Shown here: piece after piece, positions 1-11,073 of the stretch
How positions within the stretch are numbered: position 1 is the stretch's first letter
How the letters are laid out: each line of letters opens with the position of its first letter
From: Spirochaetia bacterium
GTDB taxonomy: Bacteria > Spirochaetota > Spirochaetia > DSM-16054 > Sediminispirochaetaceae
DNA: 64,000 bases
Assembly: GCA_034520965.1 (NCBI GenBank)
Contig: JAXHMY010000002.1
Coordinates: 547,714 to 611,713, forward strand
Direction: 5' to 3'
Made by a program: the position numbers and the translations under genes
Notes under the pieces: model-generated
Database searches by the model: none
Seen by the model: the letters and a program-made list of their open reading frames with translations, nothing else
What the model was told of the DNA's origin: nothing

Positions 1-1728
1 GTTGTACTCCAACTGGATGCTGCGGCGACGGTTGGTCTCTTCTATTGCCTCGTCCATCGCTTTGGAGTGACGGTCGGCGTACATAATCACCTTTCCGTGC
101 TCGTTGCGGGCTGCCCGGCCTATAATCTGAATTAGACTGGTGGCGGACCGTAAAAAGCCGATTTTATCGGCATCTAAGATGGCAATCAGCGAGACCTCCG
201 GCAAATCCAGCCCCTCCCGCAGCAGATTGATTCCCACCAGCACATCGAAGGTTCCGCTGCGCAGGTCCCGCAGCAGCTCTACCCGCTCAATGGTTTCAAT
301 TTCTGAATGCAGGTACCGCACCTGCAGGCCCAAACCGCTGAGGTAATCGGTCAGGTCTTCGGCCATTTTCTTGGTCAGGGTGGTTATCAGCACGCGCTCT
401 TTCGAGGCAATCCGCTGTTTAATCTCGCCGTACAGGTCTTCGATCTGCCCCTCGGTGGGCCGCACTTCCAGTTCGGGGTCAAGCAGACCGGTGGGACGAA
501 TAATCTGCTCTACCAACTGCTCACTTTTATTCATTTCCTTCGGTCCGGGGGTTGCCGACACAAACACAACCCGGCTGAGCATCTCTTCAAACTCGGCCAG
601 GATCAATGGACGGTTATCCAGGGCCGAGGGCAAGCGGAAGCCGAACTCCACCAGGTTCATTTTTCGTGAGCGGTCCCCCTCGTACATCGCCCCCACCTGG
701 GGCAGGGTCACATGGGATTCATCGATAAACGCCAGAAAATCATCGGGAAAGTAGTCCAGAAGCACCGCCGGACGCTCTCCGGGTTTCCGACCGCTGAGGG
801 GGCGCGAATAGTTCTCGATACCCGAGCAGTAGCCCATCTCCTCCATCATCTCGAGGTCGTATTCGGTACGGGTTTTCAGGCGCTGGGCCTCAACTATTTT
901 CCCCTTGGCCAGCAGTTCTTCGTGGCGCTCTTCAAGCTCGGTTTTAATTTCAGACAGAGCCTGCTGCACCTGCTCCTCGGGAAGCACAAAGTGCTTAGCC
1001 GGATACACGGTCACCGTACTGAGCTCTTCAAGGGTCTCGCCGGTCACCGTGTGAATGCGGCGAATCCGTTCGATCTCATCCCAGTCAAACTCTATCCGGT
1101 AGGCCTCCTGCAGATAGGCCGGCTGTACCTCCAGGACATCTCCCCTAATGCGCAGGGAACCGCGCTGCAGCACCGCATCGTTACGCTCGTACTGCAGCGC
1201 CACCAACTCGCGGGCTACTGTAGAAATATCAATCTGCTGTCCAATCTCCAGGCGTACCCGCATTTCATGGAAGGCCTTCGGGCTTCCCAGTCCATAAATA
1301 CAGGAAACCGTGGCAACCACAATTACATCGTCCCGGTCCATCAGGGCACTGGTAGCCGACAGACGCAGCCGGTCAATTTCGTCGTTGATGGACGAGTCTT
1401 TCTCGATGTACAAGTCTTTGGAGGGAACATAGGCTTCCGGTTGATAGTAATCGTAATAGCTTACGAAGTACTCCACCGCATTATCCGGAAAGTAACCCTT
1501 GAACTCGCGGTACAGCTGGGCGGCCAGGGTTTTATTATGGCTCATAACCAGGGTCGGCCGCTGTACCTGTTCGATGAGCTTGGCCATGGTGTAGGTTTTT
1601 CCGGAGCCGGTTACCCCCTTCAGGGTCTGATGCTGCATCCCGGCCTTCACACCCCGGGTCAGTTTTTCAATAGCCTGGCCCTGGTCGCCGGCAGGATCGT
1701 ATTCCGAAACTACCTTGAACTTCGGCAT
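1..1728 (-). CDS. uvrB: Excinuclease ABC subunit UvrB (3' end runs off the window)
   Basis: Manual minus-strand translation from ATG at 1728 gives [16 protein letters not shown]...GVTGSGKT...[10 protein letters not shown]...[14 protein letters not shown]...DESHVTLPQ. Absent from the ORF track because its stop lies outside the window. Confidence 0.97.
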   Translation of the reverse strand, partial: MPKFKVVSEYDPAGDQGQAIEKLTRGVKAGMQHQTLKGVTGSGKTYTMAKLIEQVQRPTLVMSHNKTLAAQLYREFKGYFPDNAVEYFVSYYDYYQPEAYVPSKDLYIEKDSSINDEIDRLRLSATSALMDRDDVIVVATVSCIYGLGSPKAFHEMRVRLEIGQQIDISTVARELVALQYERNDAVLQRGSLRIRGDVLEVQPAYLQEAYRIEFDWDEIERIRRIHTVTGETLEELSTVTVYPAKHFVLPEEQVQQALSEIKTELEERHEELLAKGKIVEAQRLKTRTEYDLEMMEEMGYCSGIENYSRPLSGRKPGERPAVLLDYFPDDFLAFIDESHVTLPQVGAMYEGDRSRKMNLVEFGFRLPSALDNRPLILAEFEEMLSRVVFVSATPGPKEMNKSEQLVEQIIRPTGLLDPELEVRPTEGQIEDLYGEIKQRIASKERVLITTLTKKMAEDLTDYLSGLGLQVRYLHSEIETIERVELLRDLRSGTFDVLVGINLLREGLDLPEVSLIAILDADKIGFLRSATSLIQIIGRAARNEHGKVIMYADRHSKAMDEAIEETNRRRSIQLEYN

Positions 1729-1733
1729 ACCCC

Positions 1734-3020
1734 TTAATCCCACTCCAGTTCGCTGGGACGCTCTACTAATTCAACCTGGAAGCTCTTGCGCCGCCCATCG
1801 CGCAGCGCAACTACCTCTATAATCTCTTCCGGCTCGTTATCTTCCAGGGCACTGAACAAATCGGACAGGGTGGCTACCTTCATCCCGTCGACTTCAACAA
1901 TAATGTCGCCACCAAAATAGATAATCGACCGCCCGTAACGAACCGGATTATTTTGGTCACCCCCACGAAGACCGGCCTGCTCGGCATTTCCGCCGCGACT
2001 CACCTTTGAAATCATAATTCCCTTTTTTACCGACAAATTCCCATACCGCACAATGCTTGGCTCAAGTTGCACCGGTACCATTTCAATCCAACCTCGCAGC
2101 ACTTTACCGTACTCGATTAATTGCGGGACCACCCGACGGGCGGTATTTACCGGTACGGCAAAGCCAATTCCCACACTTCCGCCGCTGGGGCTGTAGATCA
2201 TCGTATTGATGCCTATCATCTCGCCGTTGGTATTCAGCAGCGGCCCTCCGGAATTCCCCGGATTTATGGAAGCGTCGGTTTGAATCATTCCGCGAATTAC
2301 CAAATTACGTGATGTTTTTACCGGCCGTCCAAGCCCCGATACTATTCCGGAGGTCAGTGTGCGGTCGTAGCCAAAGGGGTTTCCGATGGCCAGAATAAGT
2401 TGACCCACCCGCAGGCTTGAAGAGTCTCCAAAGGGAATTACCACCAGCTCTTTGTCGCCCGGATCGAATTTGACTACCGCCAAATCGTTCTCTGAATCTT
2501 TCCCGATAACCTTGCCCTCATACTGGGTACCGTCGTATAAATTCGATCTCGACTGCTTGCAGGCACTCCTTTACCACATGGTAGTTAGTCAGAATGTAGC
2601 CGCGGGTATCAATGATGGAACCGGACCCGGTACCACCCTCCTGGGGAAACTCTGAGCTTTTAGGAAGCCGAATTCAGGCTAAGGGTTTCAGTGGTAATAT
2701 TTTCCGCCCCATGGTTATCGCGTCACTGATACACGCTCGATGTTGTTCCGCTCGTCGGCTGGCGGTCAAGAGCTGTGCTCCCGGTTCATCACCCGGCGCA
2801 ACTGCTGATCGGAGTTTGTCCGCGGCTCAAAGTCGGCATCTCCGATTGTTCCAACCTCGGCACTCTTTTCCTTACCGATCTCCGCATCCATCCGCGCATC
2901 GTTCTGCAGCCACGGCAGCTCAAGCATGCCAAAGCCGATCAACGGCGGCGGCGGCGTACCGACAGCCCGGCTTACGCCGTAAAAAATCAAGCTGCCCTCC
3001 GCCGGGAAGTTCCCGTCCAC
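1734..3020 (-). CDS. HtrA/DegP-family trypsin-like serine protease with PDZ domain (5' part frameshifted)
   Basis: ORF 1734..2483 has [18 protein letters not shown] and a PDZ-like C-terminus. The upstream LTNYHVV catalytic-His motif (~2570-2595) is in another frame. RBS GAGGAGG precedes GTG at 3020. Confidence 0.9.
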
Positions 3021-3113
3021 GAGACCTCCTCTTTATGAGTATAGGCAGTTGTAGTTACTTTGCCAAGCGTCATTTGAAGACCCGGACGCGATGCATAATC
3101 AATGCAGGCTCCA

Positions 3114-4696
3114 TTAGGCCGCCTTCCAATAGTAGTCACTTTCACCGTAGCGTCGGTATTGGACCGCCTCCATAATATGATCGCTTTTTATGTGTGGGCT
3201 CTGTTCCAGATCTGCAATTGTGCGGCTAATTTTTAATACCGAATGGGCCGCCCGGGTCGAGAGGCCCAGACTCCGGACAGCTTTATTTAGAATACCAACA
3301 CTCCCCTCCTCGAGCCGGCAATACTTCAACAGCTGTGTGGGGCCAAGATCGCCATTACGCAGGCTCCCCCGCTGCTGTTGGATTTGAATGGTCTCAGCCA
3401 CTTTGCGTTCCATTTGTGCGGTGGTAAGTCCATTTTCGGTGCGTAGTGTGACGGATTGGGACAGTTCCACGGGCAGTCGCATGTCAATCCGGTCGCAGAA
3501 TGCGGCACCTATCTTTTTCCAGTAACGATGCAGCTCTATGGGGCTGCACACTACAGAGAATCCACCTGACCGAGTTTACCGCAGGGGCAGGGGTTGGTGG
3601 CCATCAACAGTTGAAACTGGGCCGGAAACCAGTAATGGCAGCCCGAGCGGGCTATCTGGACAATTCCCCGTTCAATCGGCTCACGCAGGGATTGCAGCAG
3701 GCGGTTCCCGAACTCCAGCGCTTCATCGAGAAACAGCAGACCGTGATGGGCGTAGGAGATCTCACCGGGCTGAACATTCATCCCGCCGCCAATCAACCCT
3801 TCCCTGGAGGCGGTGTGATGGGGGGCTCGAAAGGGAGGCCGGGTGATTAATCCGGAGCCCGCCGGCAGTGCACCGCCTATGGAATATATCCTGGTTACCG
3901 CAATCGATGCCTCCCGGTCCAAATTGGGAAGCAGACGTCCAAACCGGAGGGCCGCCATGGTTTTGCCGCCCCCCGGGGGGCCGAATAAAAGCAGATGGTG
4001 CCGTCCAGCTGCGGCTACCATACAGGCTCGCTTAAGTTGCTCCTGCCCTATCAGCTCGGCAAAATCGAGCCCGTTACTTAACTGGCTGCCGAATCCGCCG
4101 GAGGTTTCAGAGCTGTCCCCGGCAGCCCCCTCATCACCCCCGGTTACAGATTCTACACAATCGGCAATATAGCTCTCCTGAAATCCGTGCTGCAAGAGGG
4201 TAAACAGATGAGGCATTTCTGCCAGATGGGAAAGAGCAACCGCCTTGGTTCCGGCTACTGTTCGGGCTTCATTCAAATTTTCCCGGGGTACCACACAGAT
4301 GTGGGCGCCGCTCTGCAGCGCCGCATGGACAGCAGCCAAAACTCCGGGCACAGGCCGCACTCGTCCCGAAAGCTCAAGCTCACCGACAATAAGCATGGTA
4401 TAAGCCCCCGGTGAAGGCACCTGGGAATCGACCATTAAGAGGGCAGCCGCCATAGGCAGGTCGAAGGCCGCCCCCTGTTTCCTCACCCCCGCCGGGGCAA
4501 GGTTGATCAATATCCGCTGCCTGGGTACCCGGAAGCCGGAGTTCCGTACTGCCGCACGTACCCGCTCCCGGGCCTCCTTTACCGCACTATCAGGCAAACC
4601 AACCACATCCATTCCGGGAATTCCCCGCCGCAGATCAACCTCGACCGTAACAATATCTCCGGAATAGCCCCGATTTACAAAACTTACAATTTGCAT
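3114..4696 (-). CDS. comM: YifB/ComM Mg-chelatase-like AAA+ ATPase (frameshift near 3551)
   Basis: VVGLPDSAVKEARERVRAA, INLAPA, GPPGGGKTM, PFRAPHHTAS, LFLDE, NPCPCG; the C-terminal half (DRIDM, LSTRA..LKISRTIADL) is in ORF 3114..3551. Confidence 0.92.
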
Positions 4697-4783
4697 ATCT
4701 CCTCCTATATAGAAAGAGGGTACACATGTCCATTTGATTTAAATAAGATTAAATTGAAGAAAGCTTGAAGTAGCCTGATTAGA

Positions 4784-5251
4784 TTAGCCGAGCTGTTGGA
4801 TTTGGGCGTCCATCTCTCTGCGAACCATTTGGTCGCATTTTTCATTCAGGTCATTCCCCGAGTGGCCCTTTACCCAGTGCCAGCTGATCGGAAGAGTATC
4901 GGCTAAGGCTTTAAGCTGCTGCCAATACTCCTTGTTTTTCACCGGTTTCTTAGCGGATGTCTGCCAGCCGTTTCTCTCCCAGTTGTGAATCCAACTTGAA
5001 ATTCCATTTTTTACATACTGGCTGTCGGTATACAACTCGATGGTACGATTCGACTCCTTCAGCTCCTGCTGCACGGTTTTTAGCGCCTCAATTACAGCGG
5101 TCAGCTCCATGCGGTTATTGGTGCTATCCGGCGACCCACCCGAGCGCTCCCGCTGCAGTTTGCCGTCGTTCAGTACAAAGGCCCAGCCACCGGGACCCGG
5201 ATTCCCGCTGCAGCCGCCATCGGTATATATAGTTATCGGTTCTTGTTCCAT
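4784..5251 (-). CDS. rnhA: Ribonuclease HI
   Basis: IYTDGGCSGNPGPGGW, TNNRMELTA, YTDSQYV, WVKGHSG..NE.CD motifs. Confidence 0.97.
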   Translation of the reverse strand: MEQEPITIYTDGGCSGNPGPGGWAFVLNDGKLQRERSGGSPDSTNNRMELTAVIEALKTVQQELKESNRTIELYTDSQYVKNGISSWIHNWERNGWQTSAKKPVKNKEYWQQLKALADTLPISWHWVKGHSGNDLNEKCDQMVRREMDAQIQQLG

Positions 5252-5356
5252 ACGCAGTACTCCTGGCGCTTACCCTATGCCGAACCGGCCTTTTTTATCA
5301 AGCCCTTTTAAAAGCGGGTTGCATTACAGGCCGATTTCGCACTACACTCATTTTAA

Positions 5357-6034
5357 ATGGAAGAGTTGAGTAATAAACAGAGCCTCAGCGATGAGGTTTA
5401 TTCTTATCTTGAATCTAAACTCATTTCCGGAGAGCTAAAGTACGGGGACATCCTTAATATCAAGCAGCTGGCCCTTCAGCTAGGGGTAAGCACAATACCG
5501 ATTCGGGATGCCCTCAAGCGGCTTGAACATGAGGGAGTGGTGGTTATCCAGCCGCGCAGCAGCTGTTATGTGGCCGAACCTTCCCAGAAGGATGTTCTGG
5601 ATGCATTTGAACTGCGGGAGATGATTGAAATGCAGGCGATCCGTTCAATCTACAGAACCATCGATACTAAACAGCTGTCCGAGTTAGATGAGGTTGTCTC
5701 TAAAATGAAAGCGATAGTCACGCATCCGCCGGAGGAGCATCTGTCCGAATATATCCAGCTTGATAGCGCGTTTCATAACAAGTTGTGCAACCTGGCAGGA
5801 AATCGGTTTCTCAGTAAATTTTACCATGAGCTCTATTTGCATCTGAATATGACGGAAATATATGGTATCGGGGGGCCTCCCGACATTCAATCAACCTATG
5901 AGCTTCACCGTAGAATACTTTCATATTTAAAACAAAATTCCGCTGAGGCGGTTGAACTGCTGCAGCGTCACCTCGATCGGGGACGTAAGAACCTCACAGA
6001 GGGAGCCGGTTTTCAGAAGCTTCGAAAAGAATAA
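5357..6034 (+). CDS. GntR-family (FCD) transcriptional regulator
   Basis: N-terminal wHTH (LALQLGVSTIPIRDALKRLEHEG) and FCD motif (D..FH..L...AGN..L). Confidence 0.9.
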   Translation: MEELSNKQSLSDEVYSYLESKLISGELKYGDILNIKQLALQLGVSTIPIRDALKRLEHEGVVVIQPRSSCYVAEPSQKDVLDAFELREMIEMQAIRSIYRTIDTKQLSELDEVVSKMKAIVTHPPEEHLSEYIQLDSAFHNKLCNLAGNRFLSKFYHELYLHLNMTEIYGIGGPPDIQSTYELHRRILSYLKQNSAEAVELLQRHLDRGRKNLTEGAGFQKLRKE

Positions 6035-6062
6035 CTTTACGAAGCGATAAGCGGGAGGAAAA

Positions 6063-7815
6063 ATGCCGGAACAGTTAATATTAAAAAATTTAGAGTTTAT
6101 TAAGGTCTTGCCCTACTGGGCGCAAGATTTATCTTACAAATATTGTTCTAAAACTACCAATCTTTATATTGTACATGGAAATATTCGCGATTTCCTGCCC
6201 AATAAAATGGTCGAAGGGGAGTTTATTTTTGTAAGAATTCAGGAGTTTATCTCTGAGGTTCTGTTTGGAAACAAAGACATCATTGTCTACTATGACCGCT
6301 CCTCTGGAATCAACTTCTGCGATGGAGAAATGCGTAAAAACTATCTGGCGGAGATGCGACGTCTTTTTCCGGAAGAGGATCCGGAGGACCTGGTTTCGAA
6401 AAACCCCAGTAAGGCCTTTGATTATCTTGAGAAGTATTTCCTGATGAACATTCCCCACAAAAAGCGGATTGTTCTGATAATCGATTATGCCGAGACGATT
6501 GTGCCGAATGTTGACCTTTCTCATATGGATGAAGAAGACCGCTACTGCATGGTAACCCTTAACCGATGGGCCCACGACCCAATTTTCACACAGGGGGATG
6601 TATCTATCCTCCTGCTTACCGAAAACCTGGCGGACTTGAGTCCCCGTCTGGTTCGTTCACCCCACACGGTAAAAGTAAACATACCCCTGCCCGATGAAAC
6701 CGTGCGTGAGAGCTTTTAGAGTACCTCAACCGTAAGGAAGAACTGATTATAGAGTATCGCCTGAATTGCCGGCGAATTGCCAAAGTAACCAGTGGACTCA
6801 ATTTGATGAATTTGAACCAAATCGCCGCCGAATCGTATCAGGAGAACCGTCCGGTTTCGATGGAGTATCTGCGAGAGAGAAAAAAGGAGATCATCGAAAA
6901 CGAGGCATCGGGACTGCTGGAGTTTATTGAATCCGAGCACGACCTCTCCTATGTATCGGGCCACGATTTTGTAAAAAAGCGCTTCAAAAACGCAGCCAAG
7001 GCTATTAAACAGGGGCGCACCGACGTGCTTCCAGTGGGCTACCCTTCTGTCAGGGCCGGTGGGCACCGGAAAAAGCTTTATGGTTACCGCCTTCGCCGGT
7101 GAAATCGGAATACCTATAGTCAGGTTCCGCAATTTCCGCTCAAAGTGGCAGGGTGTCACCGAGTCCAACATGGAAAAAGCCCTGAATATCCTTAAGGCGA
7201 TGTCCCCGGTGGGCGTTATGATCGACGAGGCGGATGCCTTCCTGGGCGATCGTAACCAGGACGGTGATTCGGGCACCCGTAGCCGGGTGTTTGCACGAAT
7301 TTCTTCGTTTAGGGAAACGCCGAATATCGTGGGAAATTTCTCTGGTTCTTAAATTACCTGTCGCCCGGACATTCTGCCGATCGATATTAAGCGTCAGGGG
7401 CGGGCGGAGGAGCATTTAGCCCTCTTTTATCCCGAAACCCAAAGTGAGCGGGAAGACCTTATCCAGACACTTATCCGGAAGCTTAAAATCAAGATACAGA
7501 AGTTCAGCATCTACGATATGCTGAAAAAACACCACTTTGAATCATCCGGGGGCGGATCTGGAGGCCATCCTCATCCGGGCTAAGTTCAATGCGGCCATGC
7601 AGAACCATATCATCATTACCAAGGAAGATATGGAAGAGGCGATCCGCGACTTTATACCGCCGGCTTATCCCCACGAAATCGAACTGCAGAACCTGGTGGC
7701 AGTGCTTGAGTGTACCAGCCGCGAAATGGTACCCAAGCGCTACCGCAATTACGATCGCAGTAAAATAGTACCCCAGATCCGTGAGCTCAAAGAGCTTTTA
7801 GGTGAGCGGGATTAA
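6063..7815 (+). CDS. AAA+ family ATPase with degenerate N-terminal and intact C-terminal AAA domain (several frameshifts)
   Basis: Collinear fragments 6063..6719, 6803..7102, 7059..7352 and 7537..7815. Walker A GTGKS, SKWQGVTESN pore loop, Walker B VMIDEAD; the arginine-finger region (PIDIKRQGR) is in another frame near 7375-7410. Confidence 0.85.
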
Positions 7816-7838
7816 AAACTAAAAATTGGAGCACTGAT

Positions 7839-8873
7839 ATGCAACTTACACGTACACCCTACGGAACAAGCAAAGCTGGAGAGGCGGTGGACGAGTTCTT
7901 AGTAGAAAACTCCCACGGAGTCTCTTTTAAGCTGATAACCTACGGCGCAAGCATTACATCGGTAAAAACACCGGATAGTTCGGGTAAGATTGAAGAGATC
8001 ACCCTTGGTTTTGATTCCCTGGAAGGCTATGAAGGCCCTCACCCCTACTTTGGAGCCACCGTCGGCCGGGTTGCCAATCGCATCGGCCATGGCCGGTTTG
8101 TATTAGGCGACACTGAATATCAACTTGACACAAATAACAAGGGTAAACACCATATCCACGGCGGCCTGCAGGGGTTCAGCCGCAGGGTCTGGGAAGCCTT
8201 TCCGGTAAAGAAGGAGAATGAGGCGGGAGTAAGCCTTTCGCTGACCAGTGAACACATGGATCAGGGCTACCCCGGTACTCTGGATGTAAAACTGACGGTG
8301 ATGCTCTCGGAGCAGAACGAACTGAGTTTTTCCTACGATGCGGCCACCGACAGGGCCACCCCGGTAAGCCTTACCAACCATACCTACTGGAACCTGAGCG
8401 GAGAGTGCAGCGGCAGCATCACCTCGCATCTGCTGCATCTGAACTCCGAAAGATTCGTGGAGGTTGACGAAGAACTGATTCCAACCGGCCACATTGCTCC
8501 GGTTAAAGACAGCCCCTTCGATTTTCGAACTCCCAAACCAATCGGCAAAGATTTAGAGGCAGCCGGAGGCTATGACCACTGTTATACCCTCTCCCAAGAA
8601 AACGCCCTTTCTATTCCGGTAGCCCGGGTCTCCGACCCGAACAGCGGGAGAGTGATGACGGTATTTACAATATCCCCGGGAATTCAGTTTTACTCAGGCA
8701 ATTTCCTCAATAATCTGGCTACCCGCTGCGGCAAGGTGGATGCCCATGCAGCCCTGTGCCTTGAGCCGGAGGAGTACCCGGATGCAGTGAACCGGCCGGA
8801 GTTCCCCGATGCGGTGCTTAGCCCGGGGGATCGCTATTTTAGAAAATCAGTGTACCAATTCAGCATTAGCTGA
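7839..8873 (+). CDS. galM: Aldose 1-epimerase (galactose mutarotase)
   Basis: YFGATVGRVANRI, HHIHGG, GYPG, LTNHTYWNL, GYDH, QFYSGNFL motifs. Confidence 0.95.
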   Translation: MQLTRTPYGTSKAGEAVDEFLVENSHGVSFKLITYGASITSVKTPDSSGKIEEITLGFDSLEGYEGPHPYFGATVGRVANRIGHGRFVLGDTEYQLDTNNKGKHHIHGGLQGFSRRVWEAFPVKKENEAGVSLSLTSEHMDQGYPGTLDVKLTVMLSEQNELSFSYDAATDRATPVSLTNHTYWNLSGECSGSITSHLLHLNSERFVEVDEELIPTGHIAPVKDSPFDFRTPKPIGKDLEAAGGYDHCYTLSQENALSIPVARVSDPNSGRVMTVFTISPGIQFYSGNFLNNLATRCGKVDAHAALCLEPEEYPDAVNRPEFPDAVLSPGDRYFRKSVYQFSIS

Positions 8874-8912
8874 TGCATATAGTTTTATTTTAATTTAAAC
8901 AAGGGGAGCTTT

Positions 8913-9728
8913 ATGAGTTCAGCACACACTCCTTTACATGTAGATTTCATCCTCACCGATGTAGAACCCACTGATAAACAGCAGGTACTGGAAGTACTTG
9001 CAGAACAAGCGGCAAAAACAGATGTGCTGTCAAAGTACAAGGCCAAGGATCTGTATAAACGCCTTGATCAGCGAGAGTCTCTGGGCAGTACCGGCTTTGG
9101 CGACGGCGTGGCAATTCCTCACTGCGCTATCGATAATTTAGATGATTTTGTATTGGGACTAATGGTCACTTCACAGGGTGTTGATTTTAACTCTATAGAC
9201 GGCAACCCGGTACAGCTGTTTTTTCTGATTATTGGCCCCACCGAGCAGCGCAACCGGCACATCAAAATTTTGTCGGCCATTAGCAAGATGGTAAAAACCC
9301 CCGGTGCGGTTGATAACCTGCTGGGATTAAAAGATCGGAACAAGATTGAACAGCTCCTGAAGGAGCACCTCACCATCCGCGAAGAGAAACCGGACACCGA
9401 AGGATACTCTCTAATCAATACGTATATCCAGAAAGAGGAAATTTTCGATGAGATCCTCGAGCTGCTCTCCGCCGAAGTGGAGGGCTCACTTACGGTAATT
9501 GAAACTCAAAACGCCGGGGAATACCTCAACCGTTTGCCCCTCTTCTCATCGTACTGGAGCGAAGGCAGCTCTACCTTCAACCGCCTGATCCAGGCGGTGG
9601 TACCCAAATCCCGCTGTAACGACCTGATCCGCCAGATCAACTTAATTGAAGATACCTACGCCGATAATCCCGGTATACTTATCACCGCCCAAGAGTTAAT
9701 GTACGCCTCCGGTTCGATAGATTTTTAA
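8913..9728 (+). CDS. PTS EIIA (Ntr/Fru-type) domain fused to a C-terminal PII-like domain
   Basis: RESLGSTGFGDGVAIPHC (phospho-His motif), DFNSIDGNPVQLFF, HIKILSAIS. The extra ~110 aa C-terminus has a beta-alpha-beta/loop/beta-alpha-beta pattern ending PGILITAQ. Confidence 0.82.
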   Translation: MSSAHTPLHVDFILTDVEPTDKQQVLEVLAEQAAKTDVLSKYKAKDLYKRLDQRESLGSTGFGDGVAIPHCAIDNLDDFVLGLMVTSQGVDFNSIDGNPVQLFFLIIGPTEQRNRHIKILSAISKMVKTPGAVDNLLGLKDRNKIEQLLKEHLTIREEKPDTEGYSLINTYIQKEEIFDEILELLSAEVEGSLTVIETQNAGEYLNRLPLFSSYWSEGSSTFNRLIQAVVPKSRCNDLIRQINLIEDTYADNPGILITAQELMYASGSIDF

Positions 9729-9732
9729 GCAT

Positions 9733-10995
9733 ATGAATACACTTCAAGCTTTACAACAGACTATTGGGGCGATGAACCTCCCCGCATTGTTAACAGTTGG
9801 AATCATGACCCTGGCGGGCCTCTACTTCGGCAAGATCACCAAGTACATAAAGCTGCCTTCGATAATCGGTTTCATGCTGGTCGGGGTCCTGCTGGGCCCC
9901 AGCCTGTTTAACCTTATTAGCGAACATATGCAGAGCAAGCTCAGTTTTATCACTGAAGTCGCCCTAAGCTTTGTAGCCATCAGCATCGGCCTTGAACTGA
10001 AGATGACCACACTCAAGCAGCAGGGAATCGGGATTGTCATTATTATCATTACCGAATCGCTGCTGGCCTTCACCCTCGTAAGCCTGGCAGTCTACTGGTT
10101 TACCGCAGATCTTCCGCTCAGCCTTATCTTTGGAGCTATTGCCCCGGCCAGTGCACCTGCGGGAACGGTGGCTATCATTCAGGAATACAAAGCCCGCGGA
10201 AGTCTGACCAAGGCCCTTTACTCGGTGGTCGGTTTTGATGATGGACTGGGCATCATTATTTTCGGCTTTGCAGCTGCAATCGCAAAAAGCTTGTTGGGAC
10301 AGGCCGCAGGGGACGCTCCCGAGAGTTTTTTGACTCTGCTTACCCCGCCGCTGTTGGAAGTGGCACTGAGCCTGTTGGTCGGGGTGTTGTTGTCCCTGCT
10401 GTTTGTGTTTCTTGCACGTCGGCTTTCCAGCAAGCGCGACTTGTTTATTCTGCTGGTTGCCTCGGTATTTATTATCGCCGGCCTTAGTTCTGTAATGCAC
10501 CTCTCCCTCATTCTGACCAACATGATAGTGGGCTTTATAATTGTAAATACCCAAGCCAATAGTCTACTGAAAAAAATTGAGGGCGAGCTTTCAAATGTCA
10601 TGCCCCTGCTGTTTGTCCTGTTCTTTGTTCTGGCCGGAGCAAACCTGCATGTGGCGGCCCTGCCTTCGTTGGGCTTATTGGGAGTAATCTATATTATAAG
10701 TCGTTCCGTCGGTTTAGCCGGCGGAGCTTCCCTTGGAGCTATTATCGGCAGAGCTGAGCCTAAAATCCGCAAATATCTCGGCCTTGGCATTCTCAGTCAG
10801 GCCGGAGTGGCCATCGGGCTGGCATTGATTGTGAAGCAGGATTTTTCCGAACTGGGGCAATGGGGAGCTGAAATCGGGAGTACGGTAATTACCACCGTCA
10901 CCGCAACGAGCATCTTCTTTGAGCTGATCGGGCCAATTTTAACTAAGTTCGGCCTCCAAAAGGCCGGCGAGATCACCCTTAGCCAGGAAAAATAG
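9733..10995 (+). CDS. Cation:proton antiporter (CPA2-like)
   Basis: About 12 hydrophobic segments; LPSIIGFMLVGVLLGPS, APASAPA, VGFDD, FFVLAGA, SQAGVAIGL, ELIGPIL. Confidence 0.92.
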   Translation: MNTLQALQQTIGAMNLPALLTVGIMTLAGLYFGKITKYIKLPSIIGFMLVGVLLGPSLFNLISEHMQSKLSFITEVALSFVAISIGLELKMTTLKQQGIGIVIIIITESLLAFTLVSLAVYWFTADLPLSLIFGAIAPASAPAGTVAIIQEYKARGSLTKALYSVVGFDDGLGIIIFGFAAAIAKSLLGQAAGDAPESFLTLLTPPLLEVALSLLVGVLLSLLFVFLARRLSSKRDLFILLVASVFIIAGLSSVMHLSLILTNMIVGFIIVNTQANSLLKKIEGELSNVMPLLFVLFFVLAGANLHVAALPSLGLLGVIYIISRSVGLAGGASLGAIIGRAEPKIRKYLGLGILSQAGVAIGLALIVKQDFSELGQWGAEIGSTVITTVTATSIFFELIGPILTKFGLQKAGEITLSQEK

Positions 10996-11010
10996 CACCG
11001 GAATAGCCAA

Positions 11011-11049
11011 CAGCCCATGGCCTGCAGTATAAACTGTGGGCATGGGCTG
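11011..11049. terminator. Stem-loop between convergent genes (possible bidirectional terminator)
   Basis: CAGCCCATG-G-CCTGCAGT-ATAA-ACTGTGG-G-CATGGGCTG inverted repeat; no clear U-tract. Confidence 0.5.
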
Positions 11050-11073
11050 GAAAGGACCGAAGGTTGCAGCGCG

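Noticed and set aside
140..1737. Long plus-strand ORFs (341 aa, 127 aa, 120 aa)
   Set aside because: Antisense shadows of uvrB, which is clearly encoded on the minus strand.
3540..3560. Programmed frameshifting in comM or other split genes
   Set aside because: No consistent slippery site plus stimulatory structure; the background indel rate explains the breaks.
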